A stretch of 64,000 bases of DNA from Eubacteriales bacterium (GTDB lineage Bacteria; Bacillota; Clostridia; Oscillospirales; UBA644). Both the position numbers and the translations under genes were made by a program. Positions 26,811-36,178 of the stretch are shown piece by piece. Position 1 is the first letter of the stretch, and the number at the start of each line of letters is the position of its first letter. Under the pieces are notes generated by a model. The model did no database searches. It worked only from the letters and a program-made list of their open reading frames with translations, and was not told the DNA's origin. Location: NCBI GenBank assembly GCA_045637625.1, contig JAZTZU010000005.1, positions 10,236 to 74,235 on the forward strand, in the 5' to 3' direction.

Positions 26811-28988
26811 ATGCAATTCAAAAGATTTGCAGCGGCTGCGTTGGCGACAGTAACTGCCTGCACAATGTTGGCATCCTGCTCACAGCCGAATACAGAAAAC
26901 CTTTTGCCTTTCAATGAGGAAAAGGCACCCAAAAAGCAATATTCATCTGCGGTCGAAGGCTCTGCATTAACAATTTATGTTGATGCAAACGCAAAAGACG
27001 GCGGCAACGGCAGCGAAGAGGCACCGTTCAAAACAATTCCCGAAGCACAGGCAAAGATCAGAGAACTCAAAACCGGGGACGGACTTCCCGCCGGTGGCGT
27101 TACAGTATTTGTCAAGGACGGCGAATACAGACTTTCCGAGCCTCTGACATTTACGGAAGAGGATTCAGGCACGGCAGAAAGCCCGATTACATACGTTTCC
27201 GAAAGCGAATTCGGTGCAGTTCTCACAGGCGGACTTATCCTTTCCGCTGAAGACTTTGAACCCCTTTCCGCTGAAGAAAAATCCTGTCTGCTTGACGACA
27301 CAGCAAAGGGAAAAGTTGTTAAGATAGACCTTTCAAAATACGGGATAGATGCTGCAGATATTTCTCTTTCAATGGAATTATTCATTGACGGAGAACGAAA
27401 AACCGTATCTCGTTATCCAAACGATTACTCCATAAAAACTGTTGCTACAATTGACAGGACAGAATCCGGAGACGTTTACGGTAAAATAGAGTATAACGGA
27501 CGAGAAAATTTTTACGGTAAGATATTTACTGTTTCAGATGAGGTTATTGACCGAATTTCTCAATGGTCATCTTTTGAAAATGTTTATGCTCAAGGATACT
27601 TCAGATGGTCATGGCGTGATTCAACAAATCTTATCGAGAGTTTTGATTTTGATAGATCTGAAATTACTTTAACAGCAACACCCAATTACGGTATTTCAAA
27701 TGGAGCTCCTTTCTATTTCTTTAATGTGTACTCTGAGCTTGATATGCCGGGGGAATATTTTATTGATAAAAATACCGGAATACTGTATGTTTACAGAACC
27801 GATAGTTTCGCCACTTCCGAGATTATGATTTCTGTTCTCAGTAAAAAACTTGTGGATTTATCAAATGTTTCAGATTTTACAATGAAAGGCTTACACATCA
27901 GAGCAACAAGAGTCGGTTGTATGGATATTAAAGGTGAAAATATAACAATTGATAACTGTAAAATATCTAATACCCGCAGTTATGCCATTACTGCAAACGG
28001 CAACAATATAACAATCCAGAACAGTGAACTTTGCAGTCTCGGAGGTTACGGTATAAATATTACAGGCGGTAATTCGGAAACTATTGAAGCCTCAGGAAAC
28101 CTTATTTATAATAACTACATTCATGATTTCTCAGCTGTTGAAAGAACTTATACTCCTGCAGTAGACCTTTACGGTTGCGGTACGGTAGTTTCTCATAATG
28201 AAATCGCTGATGCTCCTCACATGGCTATAAGATGGAGCGGTCCGAACCATATAATGGAATATAATGAAACTTATAATGTATGTTATGAAACTTCCGACTG
28301 TGCTGCTTTCTACGCAGGCAGAAACTATACTTCTTACGGCTGTGTAATAAGATATAACTATTTCCACGATATCGGAAGCGGAACATCTCTTGCTCACGCA
28401 ATTTATTGGGATGACGGTCTTTCAGGTCAGTCCGCATACGGAAACCTTATTGCTAATACTTCATGTCTTGGTTTTCTTATCGGTGGCGGCAGAGATAATA
28501 CTGTTGAAAACAACCTTATAATAAATACATACAGCCATCCAATTTCATTTGACCAGAGATCACGTATAGAAATGCTTGAATCAAGAGATATAGCAATGAC
28601 TGAGGGGCTCATCTCAACGAAAAACGAATATTGGGTTAAGGAATTCCCCATATACGGTCAGATCATTCCATGGACAACTGCATATGAAGGAGATAAAAAT
28701 GATCCGTTGATGTCGGCAAATCCTGCAAACTGTATTATCAGAAATAACATTTCATATACTGCATCTGATTATACTGTCGGTAAATCCGCAGGTAACTTAG
28801 GCTTTGATATTGCTATTGATGTTCCGAAATTTTCATTGTTTGAAAATAACCCTGTAATATCAAACGATCATTCGGATATTCCGGGCTTCCATAACGGTGA
28901 TTACAGCTTTATAGAAAATGCAAAAGCATTGGAACTCTGCCCCGACTTCAAGCCGATTCCTTTTGATGAGATCGGAAGAGTTGATTAA
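26811..28988 (+). CDS. Right-handed beta-helix repeat lipoprotein (putative polysaccharide-active enzyme), paralogue of 38956-41193
   Basis: Lipobox LASC. N-terminal GNGSEEAPFKTIPEAQAKI motif typical of beta-helix lyase/hydrolase N-caps. Repeated Gxx(I/V)xNNxI-type coils (NITIDNCKISN, NITIQNSELCS, NLIYNNYIHD). Confidence 0.7.
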   Translation: MQFKRFAAAALATVTACTMLASCSQPNTENLLPFNEEKAPKKQYSSAVEGSALTIYVDANAKDGGNGSEEAPFKTIPEAQAKIRELKTGDGLPAGGVTVFVKDGEYRLSEPLTFTEEDSGTAESPITYVSESEFGAVLTGGLILSAEDFEPLSAEEKSCLLDDTAKGKVVKIDLSKYGIDAADISLSMELFIDGERKTVSRYPNDYSIKTVATIDRTESGDVYGKIEYNGRENFYGKIFTVSDEVIDRISQWSSFENVYAQGYFRWSWRDSTNLIESFDFDRSEITLTATPNYGISNGAPFYFFNVYSELDMPGEYFIDKNTGILYVYRTDSFATSEIMISVLSKKLVDLSNVSDFTMKGLHIRATRVGCMDIKGENITIDNCKISNTRSYAITANGNNITIQNSELCSLGGYGINITGGNSETIEASGNLIYNNYIHDFSAVERTYTPAVDLYGCGTVVSHNEIADAPHMAIRWSGPNHIMEYNETYNVCYETSDCAAFYAGRNYTSYGCVIRYNYFHDIGSGTSLAHAIYWDDGLSGQSAYGNLIANTSCLGFLIGGGRDNTVENNLIINTYSHPISFDQRSRIEMLESRDIAMTEGLISTKNEYWVKEFPIYGQIIPWTTAYEGDKNDPLMSANPANCIIRNNISYTASDYTVGKSAGNLGFDIAIDVPKFSLFENNPVISNDHSDIPGFHNGDYSFIENAKALELCPDFKPIPFDEIGRVD

Positions 28989-29040
28989 GGTATTTCACGG
29001 AAAAATTTTACAAATACTTACAGCTTTTTCGTGAAAAGAC

Positions 29041-29069
29041 TTGACAAATCACGATTTATAGTATACAAT
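29041..29069 (+). promoter_or_regulatory. Promoter preceding the lysine riboswitch
   Basis: TTGACA, 17 nt, TACAAT. Confidence 0.6.
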
Positions 29070-29077
29070 AAAGAAGT

Positions 29078-29292
29078 AAACTTGATAGAGGCGCGGTAAA
29101 CAAGAGTAATCCCTTCAGATAAAAGGGTTTATCGCCGAAAAAAGACAAAAATCGTCTTTTTGGGACGGCATAAAATATGTGTCGTACTGTCACGGTCAAT
29201 GGCCGTGGGGAGCTATCGTTTCGGTATTATTGTATATAAAACAATTTCAACCGTAATGCTTGCTTTCTTCGAGTATTACGGTTAATTTTTTT
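29078..29292 (+). promoter_or_regulatory. Lysine riboswitch (L-box) with terminator expression platform
   Basis: Conserved L-box blocks in order: AGAGGCGC, AGAGTA, CGCCGAA, GGGA, ACTGTCA, GGGGAGCTATCG. Followed by the hairpin AACCGTAATGCT...AGTATTACGGTT plus a T-run at 29249-29292. Confidence 0.85.
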
Positions 29293-29317
29293 CATTTTTA
29301 TCAGGAGGTTAAAAACC

Positions 29318-31123
29318 ATGCGCAAAACATTCACCAAAAGACTGGCAATATTTATCGCAGTCATCACAGTTCTTTCCGCGATGTTTGCCCTTTCTGTTTC
29401 TTCCTTTGCAGAATCCGCAAACCCCGGTTATGTTGACTTTGTAATTTCCGGTATGGACGAAGCTCCCGAATCCGTCTCCGAAGACGAATATTTCGACTAT
29501 GCTTCAGCATACCTTGACAGTTACGATGTCGCTCTCCAGAACGACCCCAATGTTAAAGAAAACTATGCGGAAGCGATAGAAATCTACCGCGAAAACACAA
29601 CACCTTTCTATGCAACATTCTGGGCTATCGTTCCCCCCGTCATTGCAATTGCATTGGCACTCATCACAAAAGAAGTTTATTCTTCTCTCTTTGTCGGTGT
29701 TCTTTCAGGTGCTCTTCTTTATGCGAACTTCAACTTTGAAGGAACTCTCAACCACATCATCAACGACGGTTTCATCGCAAGCCTTTCCGATTCCTACAAC
29801 GTAGGCATTCTTATCTTCCTCGTTGTTCTCGGTGCTATGGTCGTAATGATGAACAAATCCGGTGGTTCTGCTGCGTTCGGAAGATGGGCAAGCAAAAACA
29901 TCAAATCCCGTGTAGGCGCACAGATCGCAACAATCATTCTCGGTTGTCTTATCTTCGTTGACGACTACTTCAACTGTCTCACAGTCGGCAGCGTTATGCG
30001 TCCCGTTTGCGATGCAAACAAGATCTCAAGAGCTAAACTTGCGTACCTTATCGACGCTACAGCAGCTCCTATCTGTATCATCGCTCCTATTTCTTCTTGG
30101 GCAGCTGCAGTTGCAGGCTTTGCTGAAGGAAGCTCAATGAACGGCTTCGAACTCTTCGTAAGCGCTATTCCCTTCAACTTCTATGCAATTCTTACAATCG
30201 TAATGATGATCGTACTTGCATTCCTCAAATTCGAATACGGTCCAATGAAGCTTCATGAAAAGAACGCAGAAGAAAGAGGCGACCTCTTCACAACTATTGA
30301 CGAACAGACAGCAGAACTTGAAGAAGTTGATGCCAACCCCAAAGGTAGAGTTATTGACCTTATCTTCCCCGTTGTAACACTTATCATTTGCTGCGTTCTT
30401 TGCATGGTTTACTCCGGCGGATTCTTTGACGGCGTAGATTTCATCACAGCATTCTCTGACTGCGACGCTTCCGTAGGTCTTGCCCTCGGTTCATCCATCG
30501 CTCTTGCAATCACAATTCTTTACTTCACATTTGCAAGATTCGGTCTCATCAAATTCACAACTCTTATGGAAAGCATCCCCGCAGGCTTCAAAGCTATGGT
30601 TCCCGCGATCCTTATTCTTACATTCGCTTGGACACTTAAAGGCATGACAGACAGCCTCGGCGCTTCCCTCTTCATTGCAGATATCGTAAGAGGTTCCGCA
30701 GAATCACTCATGATGTTCCTCCCCGCTATCATCTTCCTTATTGCAGTTGGACTTTCATTCTCCACAGGTACATCCTGGGGTACATTCGGTATCCTTATCC
30801 CCATCGTACTTTCCGCATTCAACGGCTTCGACAGCAACCTTACAATTCTTGCTATCTCCGCTTGTATGGCAGGTGCGGTTTGCGGCGACCACTGCTCACC
30901 CATTTCCGACACAACAATCATGGCATCTGCAGGCGCTCAGTGCAACCACCTGAACCACGTAGCTACTCAGTTGCCCTACGCTTTGACAGTTGCGGCTGTT
31001 TCCTTCGTTTCTTACATAATCGCAGGCTTCATCCCCAACGCATTCATCGTGCTCCCCATCTCCATAGTTCTTATGGTAGGAACACTCTTTGCTCTCAAAG
31101 CTGTCATGGCTAAAAAACAGTAA
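29318..31123 (+). CDS. NhaC-family (Na+/H+ antiporter-type) membrane transporter, candidate lysine transporter
   Basis: Polytopic. FVDDYFNCLTVGSVMRPVCDANKISRAKLAYLIDATAAPICIIAPISSWAA matches the NhaC C-terminal-domain family. About 90 N-terminal residues form an extra signal-peptide-bearing extension. Confidence 0.8.
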   Translation: MRKTFTKRLAIFIAVITVLSAMFALSVSSFAESANPGYVDFVISGMDEAPESVSEDEYFDYASAYLDSYDVALQNDPNVKENYAEAIEIYRENTTPFYATFWAIVPPVIAIALALITKEVYSSLFVGVLSGALLYANFNFEGTLNHIINDGFIASLSDSYNVGILIFLVVLGAMVVMMNKSGGSAAFGRWASKNIKSRVGAQIATIILGCLIFVDDYFNCLTVGSVMRPVCDANKISRAKLAYLIDATAAPICIIAPISSWAAAVAGFAEGSSMNGFELFVSAIPFNFYAILTIVMMIVLAFLKFEYGPMKLHEKNAEERGDLFTTIDEQTAELEEVDANPKGRVIDLIFPVVTLIICCVLCMVYSGGFFDGVDFITAFSDCDASVGLALGSSIALAITILYFTFARFGLIKFTTLMESIPAGFKAMVPAILILTFAWTLKGMTDSLGASLFIADIVRGSAESLMMFLPAIIFLIAVGLSFSTGTSWGTFGILIPIVLSAFNGFDSNLTILAISACMAGAVCGDHCSPISDTTIMASAGAQCNHLNHVATQLPYALTVAAVSFVSYIIAGFIPNAFIVLPISIVLMVGTLFALKAVMAKKQ

Positions 31124-31143
31124 TTAAATAGAAAATAATATTG

Positions 31144-31218
31144 GCGGGAAAACCATTTTTTGTAAAAATTGGTTTTCCCGCACCCTTTCCAAAAAAACTT
31201 TCAGCGTGCTTGACGCAC
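31144..31218 (+). repeat. Hairpin-plus-tail repeat, copy C
   Basis: GCGGGAAAACCATTTTTTGTAAAAATTGGTTTTCCCGC, tail ACCCTTTCCAAAAAAAC, then mini-hairpin GTGCTTGACGCAC. Starts 20 nt after the transporter stop. Confidence 0.7.
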
Positions 31219-31301
31219 AAATCTCTTTGATTTTCAATCTTAACGGCTAACGCAGAATTATTTTTGCTTTGGTTGTTAAATATTTTTTTGAGATTTACCA
31301 C

Positions 31302-31382
31302 GTAAAGCATTGAAAATGCTTTACACTAAAGTTTTCGTAGAGGGGTTTGGGGAGACGAACTTTTTCGAAAGTAGCATTCCCC
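31302..31382 (-). repeat. Hairpin-plus-tail repeat, degenerate copy H (reverse orientation)
   Basis: Plus strand reads mini-hairpin GTAAAGCATTGAAAATGCTTTAC, reverse tail AAAGTTTTCGTAGAGGGGTTT, then GGGGAGACGAACTTTTTCGAAAGTAGCATTCCCC. Collinear with the reverse complement of copy D. Confidence 0.5.
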
Positions 31383-31446
31383 ATAAATATTTCACCTACA
31401 ATTGTTTTTCTGTATCCCAACCCGCTTTTCTTTTTCGGGGGTCAAA

Positions 31447-31488
31447 GGGGGAGCTTCTTCTTTTCACGTGAAAAGAAAAAACTCCCCC
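31447..31488. repeat. Hairpin-only repeat, copy F
   Basis: GGGGGAGCTTCTTCTTTTCAC/GTGAAAAGAAAAAACTCCCCC with the same CACGTG centre as copy A. Lies 29 nt beyond the clpC stop. Confidence 0.55.
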
Positions 31489-31491
31489 TTT

Positions 31492-31517
31492 TATATTATC
31501 TATATTATCTATATTAT
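31492..31517. repeat. Short tandem repeat, 9-nt unit TATATTATC, 2.9 copies
   Basis: TATATTATC TATATTATC TATATTAT directly abutting the clpC stop codon. Confidence 0.85.
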
Positions 31518-33944
31518 TTACTTAAACACGATCACGCCGTCCTCTGCGGATGCGGTAACGGAGCTGCCGTTGGTGAGAACACCCTCCAGCATCTTTTCCG
31601 CAACCTTGTCTTCAAGCATGGACTGAATTGCACGGCGGAGAGGTCTCGCACCGTAAACCACATCAAAACCCTTGTCGGAAAGAAGCTCTATCGCAGAATC
31701 ATCCACAGCAAGAGTGATTCCCATTTCAGAAAGGCGTTTGATAACGGATTCAGTCATTTTCACAGCGATCTGCTTGATGTCATCCTTGTTCAACTGCTTG
31801 AACACGATAATGTCGTCAATTCTGTTGAGGAATTCGGGACGGAAATTCCGTTTCAGCTCAGTCATAACGTCATTTCTGATGTTATCCTGCGTCTTTTTGA
31901 AGCTGTCCTCTTCGGGAGCAAAGCCGAATTTCTTCTGCTCGGTGATATTTTTCGCACCGATATTGCTGGTCATAACGATAACAGTATTCTTGAAGTCGAT
32001 CTTTCTGCCCTTTGCATCGGTAACCATACCGTCGTCGAGAATCTGAAGCATCACGTTGAAAACATCGGGATGAGCTTTTTCGATCTCATCAAAAAGAATA
32101 ACGGAATAAGGCTTTCTGCGAACTTTTTCAGTAAGCTGACCGCCGTCTTCAAAGCCAACATATCCCGGAGGCGAACCGATAAGTCTGGAAACCGTATGCT
32201 TTTCCATATATTCGGACATATCCACACGAATAATAGAGTTTTCGTCACCAAACATAACTTCTGCAAGAGCCTTGGAAAGTTCAGTTTTACCAACGCCTGT
32301 AGGACCAAGGAAGAGGAATGAACCCACCGGACGTTTCGGGTCTTTCAGCCCTACCCTACCTCTTCTGATTGCCTTTGCAACTGCAGTAACGGCTTCGTCC
32401 TGACCGACAACACGTTTATGGAGAATTTCTTCCATATGGAGAAGTCTTTCGCTTTCTCCGGTAGCGATTTTACTTACGGGAATTCCTGTCTGCTGCGATA
32501 CGATCTCTTCGATCTCATTTTCAGTAACGACCAGTTTTTCAGCAGACTTGCTTTCAGCCCACTTTTTCTTCATGTCTTCAAGCTCGGCAATCTTTTTCTT
32601 TTCTTCATCGCGGAATTTAGCGGCGTCTTCAAAATTCTGAGCCTTTACAGCATCCTCTTTCTGAGCCGCAATGGCTGAAATTTCTTCTTCCATGACTTTC
32701 AGATCGGGAGGCGTTGTGAGATTTTTGATCCTCAGCTTTGAAGCGGCTTCGTCCATCAGGTCAATAGCCTTGTCAGGCAAAAATCTGTCCTGAATATAAC
32801 GTTTACTGAGTTTTACTGCAGCTTCAACCGCCTCATCGGTAATTTTCACCTTGTGGTGTGCCTCGTATTTATCGCGGATACCTTTCAAAATCTTTACCGC
32901 ATCCTCAGCGGAAGGTTCATTTACGATAATGGGCTGGAAACGGCGTTCAAGAGCCGCATCTTTTTCGATGTGCTTTTTATATTCGTCAAGAGTTGTTGCA
33001 CCGATAACCTGAATTTCGCCTCGTGCAAGTGAGGGCTTCAAAATATTTGCCGCATCAACAGCACCTTCGGCAGAGCCTGCACCGATAAGGATGTGAAGCT
33101 CATCAATGAAGAGAATAACGTTTCCGTTTTTTGTAACCTCTTCAATTGCATTTTTGATTCGTTCCTCAAAATCGCCTCTGTATTTTGAACCTGCGATCAT
33201 TGAAGCGATATCAAGAGTAACGACCCTCTTACCTTTCAGAGTCTCAGGAACAAGGCCTTCAACAATATGCTGCGCAAGCCCTTCCGCGATAGCGGTTTTA
33301 CCTACACCCGGTTCACCGATAAGACAGGGATTATTTTTAGTTCTGCGGCTGAGGATCTGAATAACTCTGTCAATTTCGTCGCTTCTGCCGATAACAGGGT
33401 CGATCTTTCCCTCGGAAGCCATTTCCGTCAGATCTCTGCCGAAAGAATCAAGAGTGGGGGTATCGCCTTTTTTACTGCTGCCTGCGGAAGATTTTTTATC
33501 TCCGTTTGCAGGCTGAATATCAAGTGCTTTAAGGACAGTATTATAAACCTCTTTGGGGTCTGCTGTTTCGGAAAGGATTCTGAGTGCCTCGCAGTCACGT
33601 TCACGGAGCAAAGACAACAGGAGATGTTCCGTACCGATAACTTTTCTGCCCATTTGTGCGGCTTCTCTTGCACTTTGTTCGATGATTCTCTTCATTCTCG
33701 GAGTAAGATCGTTTCCTGTAACATTGGACGGAGTTCCCGAACCGACATTTTCAACGATCTTGTTGATAATAAATTCCGCAGAAAGTCCGTTTTTTTCAAG
33801 AACAGATGATGCCACAGAGCCTTCCGTTTTCAAGAGTCCGAGCAACAAGTGTTCTGTTCCCACATATCCGTGTCCAAGCTGACGGGCAGCTTCAACGGAA
33901 AGATTTAATGCTGTGGTTGCTTTATCTGAAAAATGATTTGTCAA
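31518..33944 (-). CDS. clpC: ATP-dependent Clp protease ATP-binding subunit ClpC
   Basis: Clp_N repeats (GHGYVGTEHLLLGLL, VIGTEHLLLSLL). Two Walker A motifs (GEPGVGKTA, GPTGVGKTE). UVR-like linker. Operon context ctsR-mcsA-mcsB-clpC. Confidence 0.95.
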   Translation of the reverse strand: MTNHFSDKATTALNLSVEAARQLGHGYVGTEHLLLGLLKTEGSVASSVLEKNGLSAEFIINKIVENVGSGTPSNVTGNDLTPRMKRIIEQSAREAAQMGRKVIGTEHLLLSLLRERDCEALRILSETADPKEVYNTVLKALDIQPANGDKKSSAGSSKKGDTPTLDSFGRDLTEMASEGKIDPVIGRSDEIDRVIQILSRRTKNNPCLIGEPGVGKTAIAEGLAQHIVEGLVPETLKGKRVVTLDIASMIAGSKYRGDFEERIKNAIEEVTKNGNVILFIDELHILIGAGSAEGAVDAANILKPSLARGEIQVIGATTLDEYKKHIEKDAALERRFQPIIVNEPSAEDAVKILKGIRDKYEAHHKVKITDEAVEAAVKLSKRYIQDRFLPDKAIDLMDEAASKLRIKNLTTPPDLKVMEEEISAIAAQKEDAVKAQNFEDAAKFRDEEKKKIAELEDMKKKWAESKSAEKLVVTENEIEEIVSQQTGIPVSKIATGESERLLHMEEILHKRVVGQDEAVTAVAKAIRRGRVGLKDPKRPVGSFLFLGPTGVGKTELSKALAEVMFGDENSIIRVDMSEYMEKHTVSRLIGSPPGYVGFEDGGQLTEKVRRKPYSVILFDEIEKAHPDVFNVMLQILDDGMVTDAKGRKIDFKNTVIVMTSNIGAKNITEQKKFGFAPEEDSFKKTQDNIRNDVMTELKRNFRPEFLNRIDDIIVFKQLNKDDIKQIAVKMTESVIKRLSEMGITLAVDDSAIELLSDKGFDVVYGARPLRRAIQSMLEDKVAEKMLEGVLTNGSSVTASAEDGVIVFK

Positions 33945-33972
33945 TATAAATACCTTCTTTCATGAATTTGCC

Positions 33973-34935
33973 TTAGCAAAGGCTGTTTCTGATGATCTGA
34001 GCCCTTTTGATATCCCTCTGTTGGGGATCGTTTTCGCCTAAATTGTAGGGCTGAATTTTCACAAGCAAGCTGTCGAGATTTTCAAAATCAAGTTTTAAAA
34101 GTCCTGCTTCGGCACCGTAACGAACTCTCGAAAGGAGATTTACCGCTTCCTTGGAGCTTATCGTTCTTGCGTTGCTCAAAATTCCGTAAGCCCTGAATAT
34201 TTTATCCTGTATCTCAATCTTTTCGACGTATTTTTCTCTGAGATTGGCTTCGTTTTCTTCGATTTTTTCAATGATCTCGCCCAGACGTTCAAGAATTTCC
34301 TCTTCCGTCAACCCGATAGACACCTGATTTGAGATCTGATAAAGTCCGCCCTCCGAACGCGTACCTTCACCGTAAAGTCCTCTCACGGTAAAACCGTACT
34401 GTCCCATGATCGAAACTGTTTTATTTATCACTCCGCTGTCAGTAAGTGCGGGAAGATGAACGAGAACGGAAGCTCTCATGCCCGTACCGAGGTTTGTGGG
34501 GCAATGTGTCAGATATCCGAGATTTTCGCTGTATGCAAACTTCAGTTCCCTGTCAAGAGCTATATCAGTCTTAACCGCCCTGTTAAATGCTTTATCAAGA
34601 GCATACCCTTTTTCAAAGGTCTGTATTCGGAGATGATCCTCCTCGTTGAGCATTATCGCGGTGTTTTTATCTTTGGAAAGAAGCAGTCCCGCACCCTCTC
34701 TGTTATTTGCAAATTCGGGGCTGATAAGTCGTTCTTCCATGAGAGACCCTGCCTGTGTGGTCGTCAGCTGCATCGCATCAATATAATCAAGATTGGGGAA
34801 CAGATTTTTTGCGGTGTCTTTGACTTTCAGCAAAAGTTCTTTTTTCTTTTCGGGAGAAAGTTTTGCAGGAAAAGGAGTGGCTTCAAGGTTTCGCGCAAGG
34901 CGTACCCTCGTTGAAAGAATATTACTGCTGTTCAT
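33973..34935 (-). CDS. mcsB: Protein arginine kinase McsB
   Basis: ATP:guanido phosphotransferase motifs STRVRLARNL, NEEDHLRIQ and CPTNLGTGMRASV. Overlaps the mcsA 3' end by 14 nt. Confidence 0.9.
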   Translation of the reverse strand: MNSSNILSTRVRLARNLEATPFPAKLSPEKKKELLLKVKDTAKNLFPNLDYIDAMQLTTTQAGSLMEERLISPEFANNREGAGLLLSKDKNTAIMLNEEDHLRIQTFEKGYALDKAFNRAVKTDIALDRELKFAYSENLGYLTHCPTNLGTGMRASVLVHLPALTDSGVINKTVSIMGQYGFTVRGLYGEGTRSEGGLYQISNQVSIGLTEEEILERLGEIIEKIEENEANLREKYVEKIEIQDKIFRAYGILSNARTISSKEAVNLLSRVRYGAEAGLLKLDFENLDSLLVKIQPYNLGENDPQQRDIKRAQIIRNSLC

Positions 34936-35443
34936 TGTTCCTCTCCTCCTTCAAAGCTTTGATCTGGTCTCTGATCTTAGCGGCTTCTTCAAAATTTTCG
35001 CACTTTATAGCCGCCTCAAGCTGTTTTCTCAATGTTGTCTCTTTGTTTTCTTCGGCGTTTTCGACTTTTTCGGTCTTCTGAGGTTCAACCTTTGCTGTTT
35101 TGAATCGTTCAGGACCTCTTCCGGTATGAGTCTTAGCCCCATTTATCTTTTTCAGAACCGCAGCAAGCTCGTTTTTAAATGTTTCATAGCAATCGGGACA
35201 ACCGACTTTACCGCTTTTTGAAATGTTGTAAAACGTTGTTCCGCATCCGCATTTTTTCTGTTCACGCTCAGCTCTGAGTCTGAACTGATTGGGCATCAGG
35301 AAATCAAACAACGATGAGGACATCCCGCCCATATCAAGTTTTGCGGCACATTCGGAGCAAAGATATACCTCCTGAATATTTCCGTTAATATTTCTTTTAA
35401 AATAAGTTGTAGCATTGTTTTTCTTGCAGTTTTCACATAACAT
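34922..35443 (-). CDS. mcsA: McsA (UvrB/C-motif zinc-finger activator of McsB)
   Basis: CENC...CSEC and CGCG...CPDC zinc-finger pairs. C-terminal UVR motif LRKQLEAAIKCENFEEAAKIRDQIKALK. Confidence 0.85.
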   Translation of the reverse strand: MLCENCKKNNATTYFKRNINGNIQEVYLCSECAAKLDMGGMSSSLFDFLMPNQFRLRAEREQKKCGCGTTFYNISKSGKVGCPDCYETFKNELAAVLKKINGAKTHTGRGPERFKTAKVEPQKTEKVENAEENKETTLRKQLEAAIKCENFEEAAKIRDQIKALKEERNNEQQ

Positions 35444-35460
35444 GATTCATCGTTCCTTTC

Positions 35461-35907
35461 TTAAGCTCTCATGAGCAACGCCTTTGCAAGGGTGGCTCTG
35501 ATCTTATCCCGTTGCGGCTGGGCAATTTCCGAAAGAGTGTTGTCGGAAACAGCCGCGCTGACTAAATTATAAACTTTTTCATCAATGTATCCGTACCCAT
35601 ACATATTTTTCAGGAAAACCTGAGCGTCAAATGCGCTGAGTGTGGGACCGATACTGTTAATTATATGCATCAGTTGGGCACTTCTGTCGGAATTTATCCT
35701 GCATATTCGGATGTAACCGCCTCCACCCCGTCGGCTTTCGATTCTGAAGCCCTGTTCGGGAGTGAACCGTGAGGAAATAACGTAGTTTATCTGACTCGGA
35801 ACCACATTGAATTGCTGTGCGAGTTCGTTTCGCTTCAGTTCCACTTCACCATTGGCTTCCTCAAGCATTTCCATAATAAATGCGCTGATAATATCGCTGG
35901 CTCTCAT
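35461..35907 (-). CDS. ctsR: Class III stress-gene repressor CtsR
   Basis: ELKRNELAQQFNVVPSQINYVISSRFTPEQGFRIESRRGGGGYIRI (HTH plus glycine-rich loop). Confidence 0.9.
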   Translation of the reverse strand: MRASDIISAFIMEMLEEANGEVELKRNELAQQFNVVPSQINYVISSRFTPEQGFRIESRRGGGGYIRICRINSDRSAQLMHIINSIGPTLSAFDAQVFLKNMYGYGYIDEKVYNLVSAAVSDNTLSEIAQPQRDKIRATLAKALLMRA

Positions 35908-35948
35908 TTGTCAGTTCCTTTCTTTTCGATCTGATTTTTATTGTCGAA

Positions 35949-35972
35949 TTTTGACTTTGACTATCTTTGACC
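35949..35972 (-). promoter_or_regulatory. CtsR operator
   Basis: Minus strand reads GGTCAAA-GAT-AGTCAAA-GTCAAAA. This matches the (A/G)GTCAAA-NAN-(A/G)GTCAAA direct repeat with a third abutting heptad, just downstream of a TATAAT at 35984-35989. Confidence 0.85.
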
Positions 35973-36117
35973 TTTGTGATTATATTATACACCCTATTTT
36001 CGGCAGAATTGTGACGAAAGCAATTCTATTTTTTATCATTTTGATCTGAATAATTTCCCCCCTCGTAATATACCAACACAGTTTTAATACAATTTTTCTA
36101 ATTTTTATTCTGCGTAA

Positions 36118-36146
36118 TTGACAACCCCTTTTTAATATGCTAAAAT
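36118..36146 (+). promoter_or_regulatory. Promoter of the MBL-fold / lipoprotein gene pair
   Basis: TTGACA, 17 nt, (TGc)TAAAAT. Confidence 0.55.
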
Positions 36147-36178
36147 ATAGGTACTTTAATTTTGAAAGGGGTAATTTC

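Noticed and set aside
28994-29037. Hairpin TTTCACGGAAAAA ... TTTTTCGTGAAA after the 26811 gene, considered as another member of the repeat family.
   Set aside because: It shares only the TTCACGGAAAA-like arm with the loop motif and lacks the GGGG/CCCC arms and the tail. It is too degenerate to count, though it may still serve as that gene's terminator.
31492-31517. Tandem repeats checked as a possible CRISPR array or VNTR.
   Set aside because: There are only 2.9 copies of a 9-nt A/T unit with no spacers, so it is not a CRISPR. It is listed as a simple repeat.
31347-32321. 324-aa plus-strand ORF overlapping the clpC 3' half and the repeat cluster.
   Set aside because: Antisense to clpC. Its N-terminus is translated from the hairpin repeats, and no SD or motif is present.
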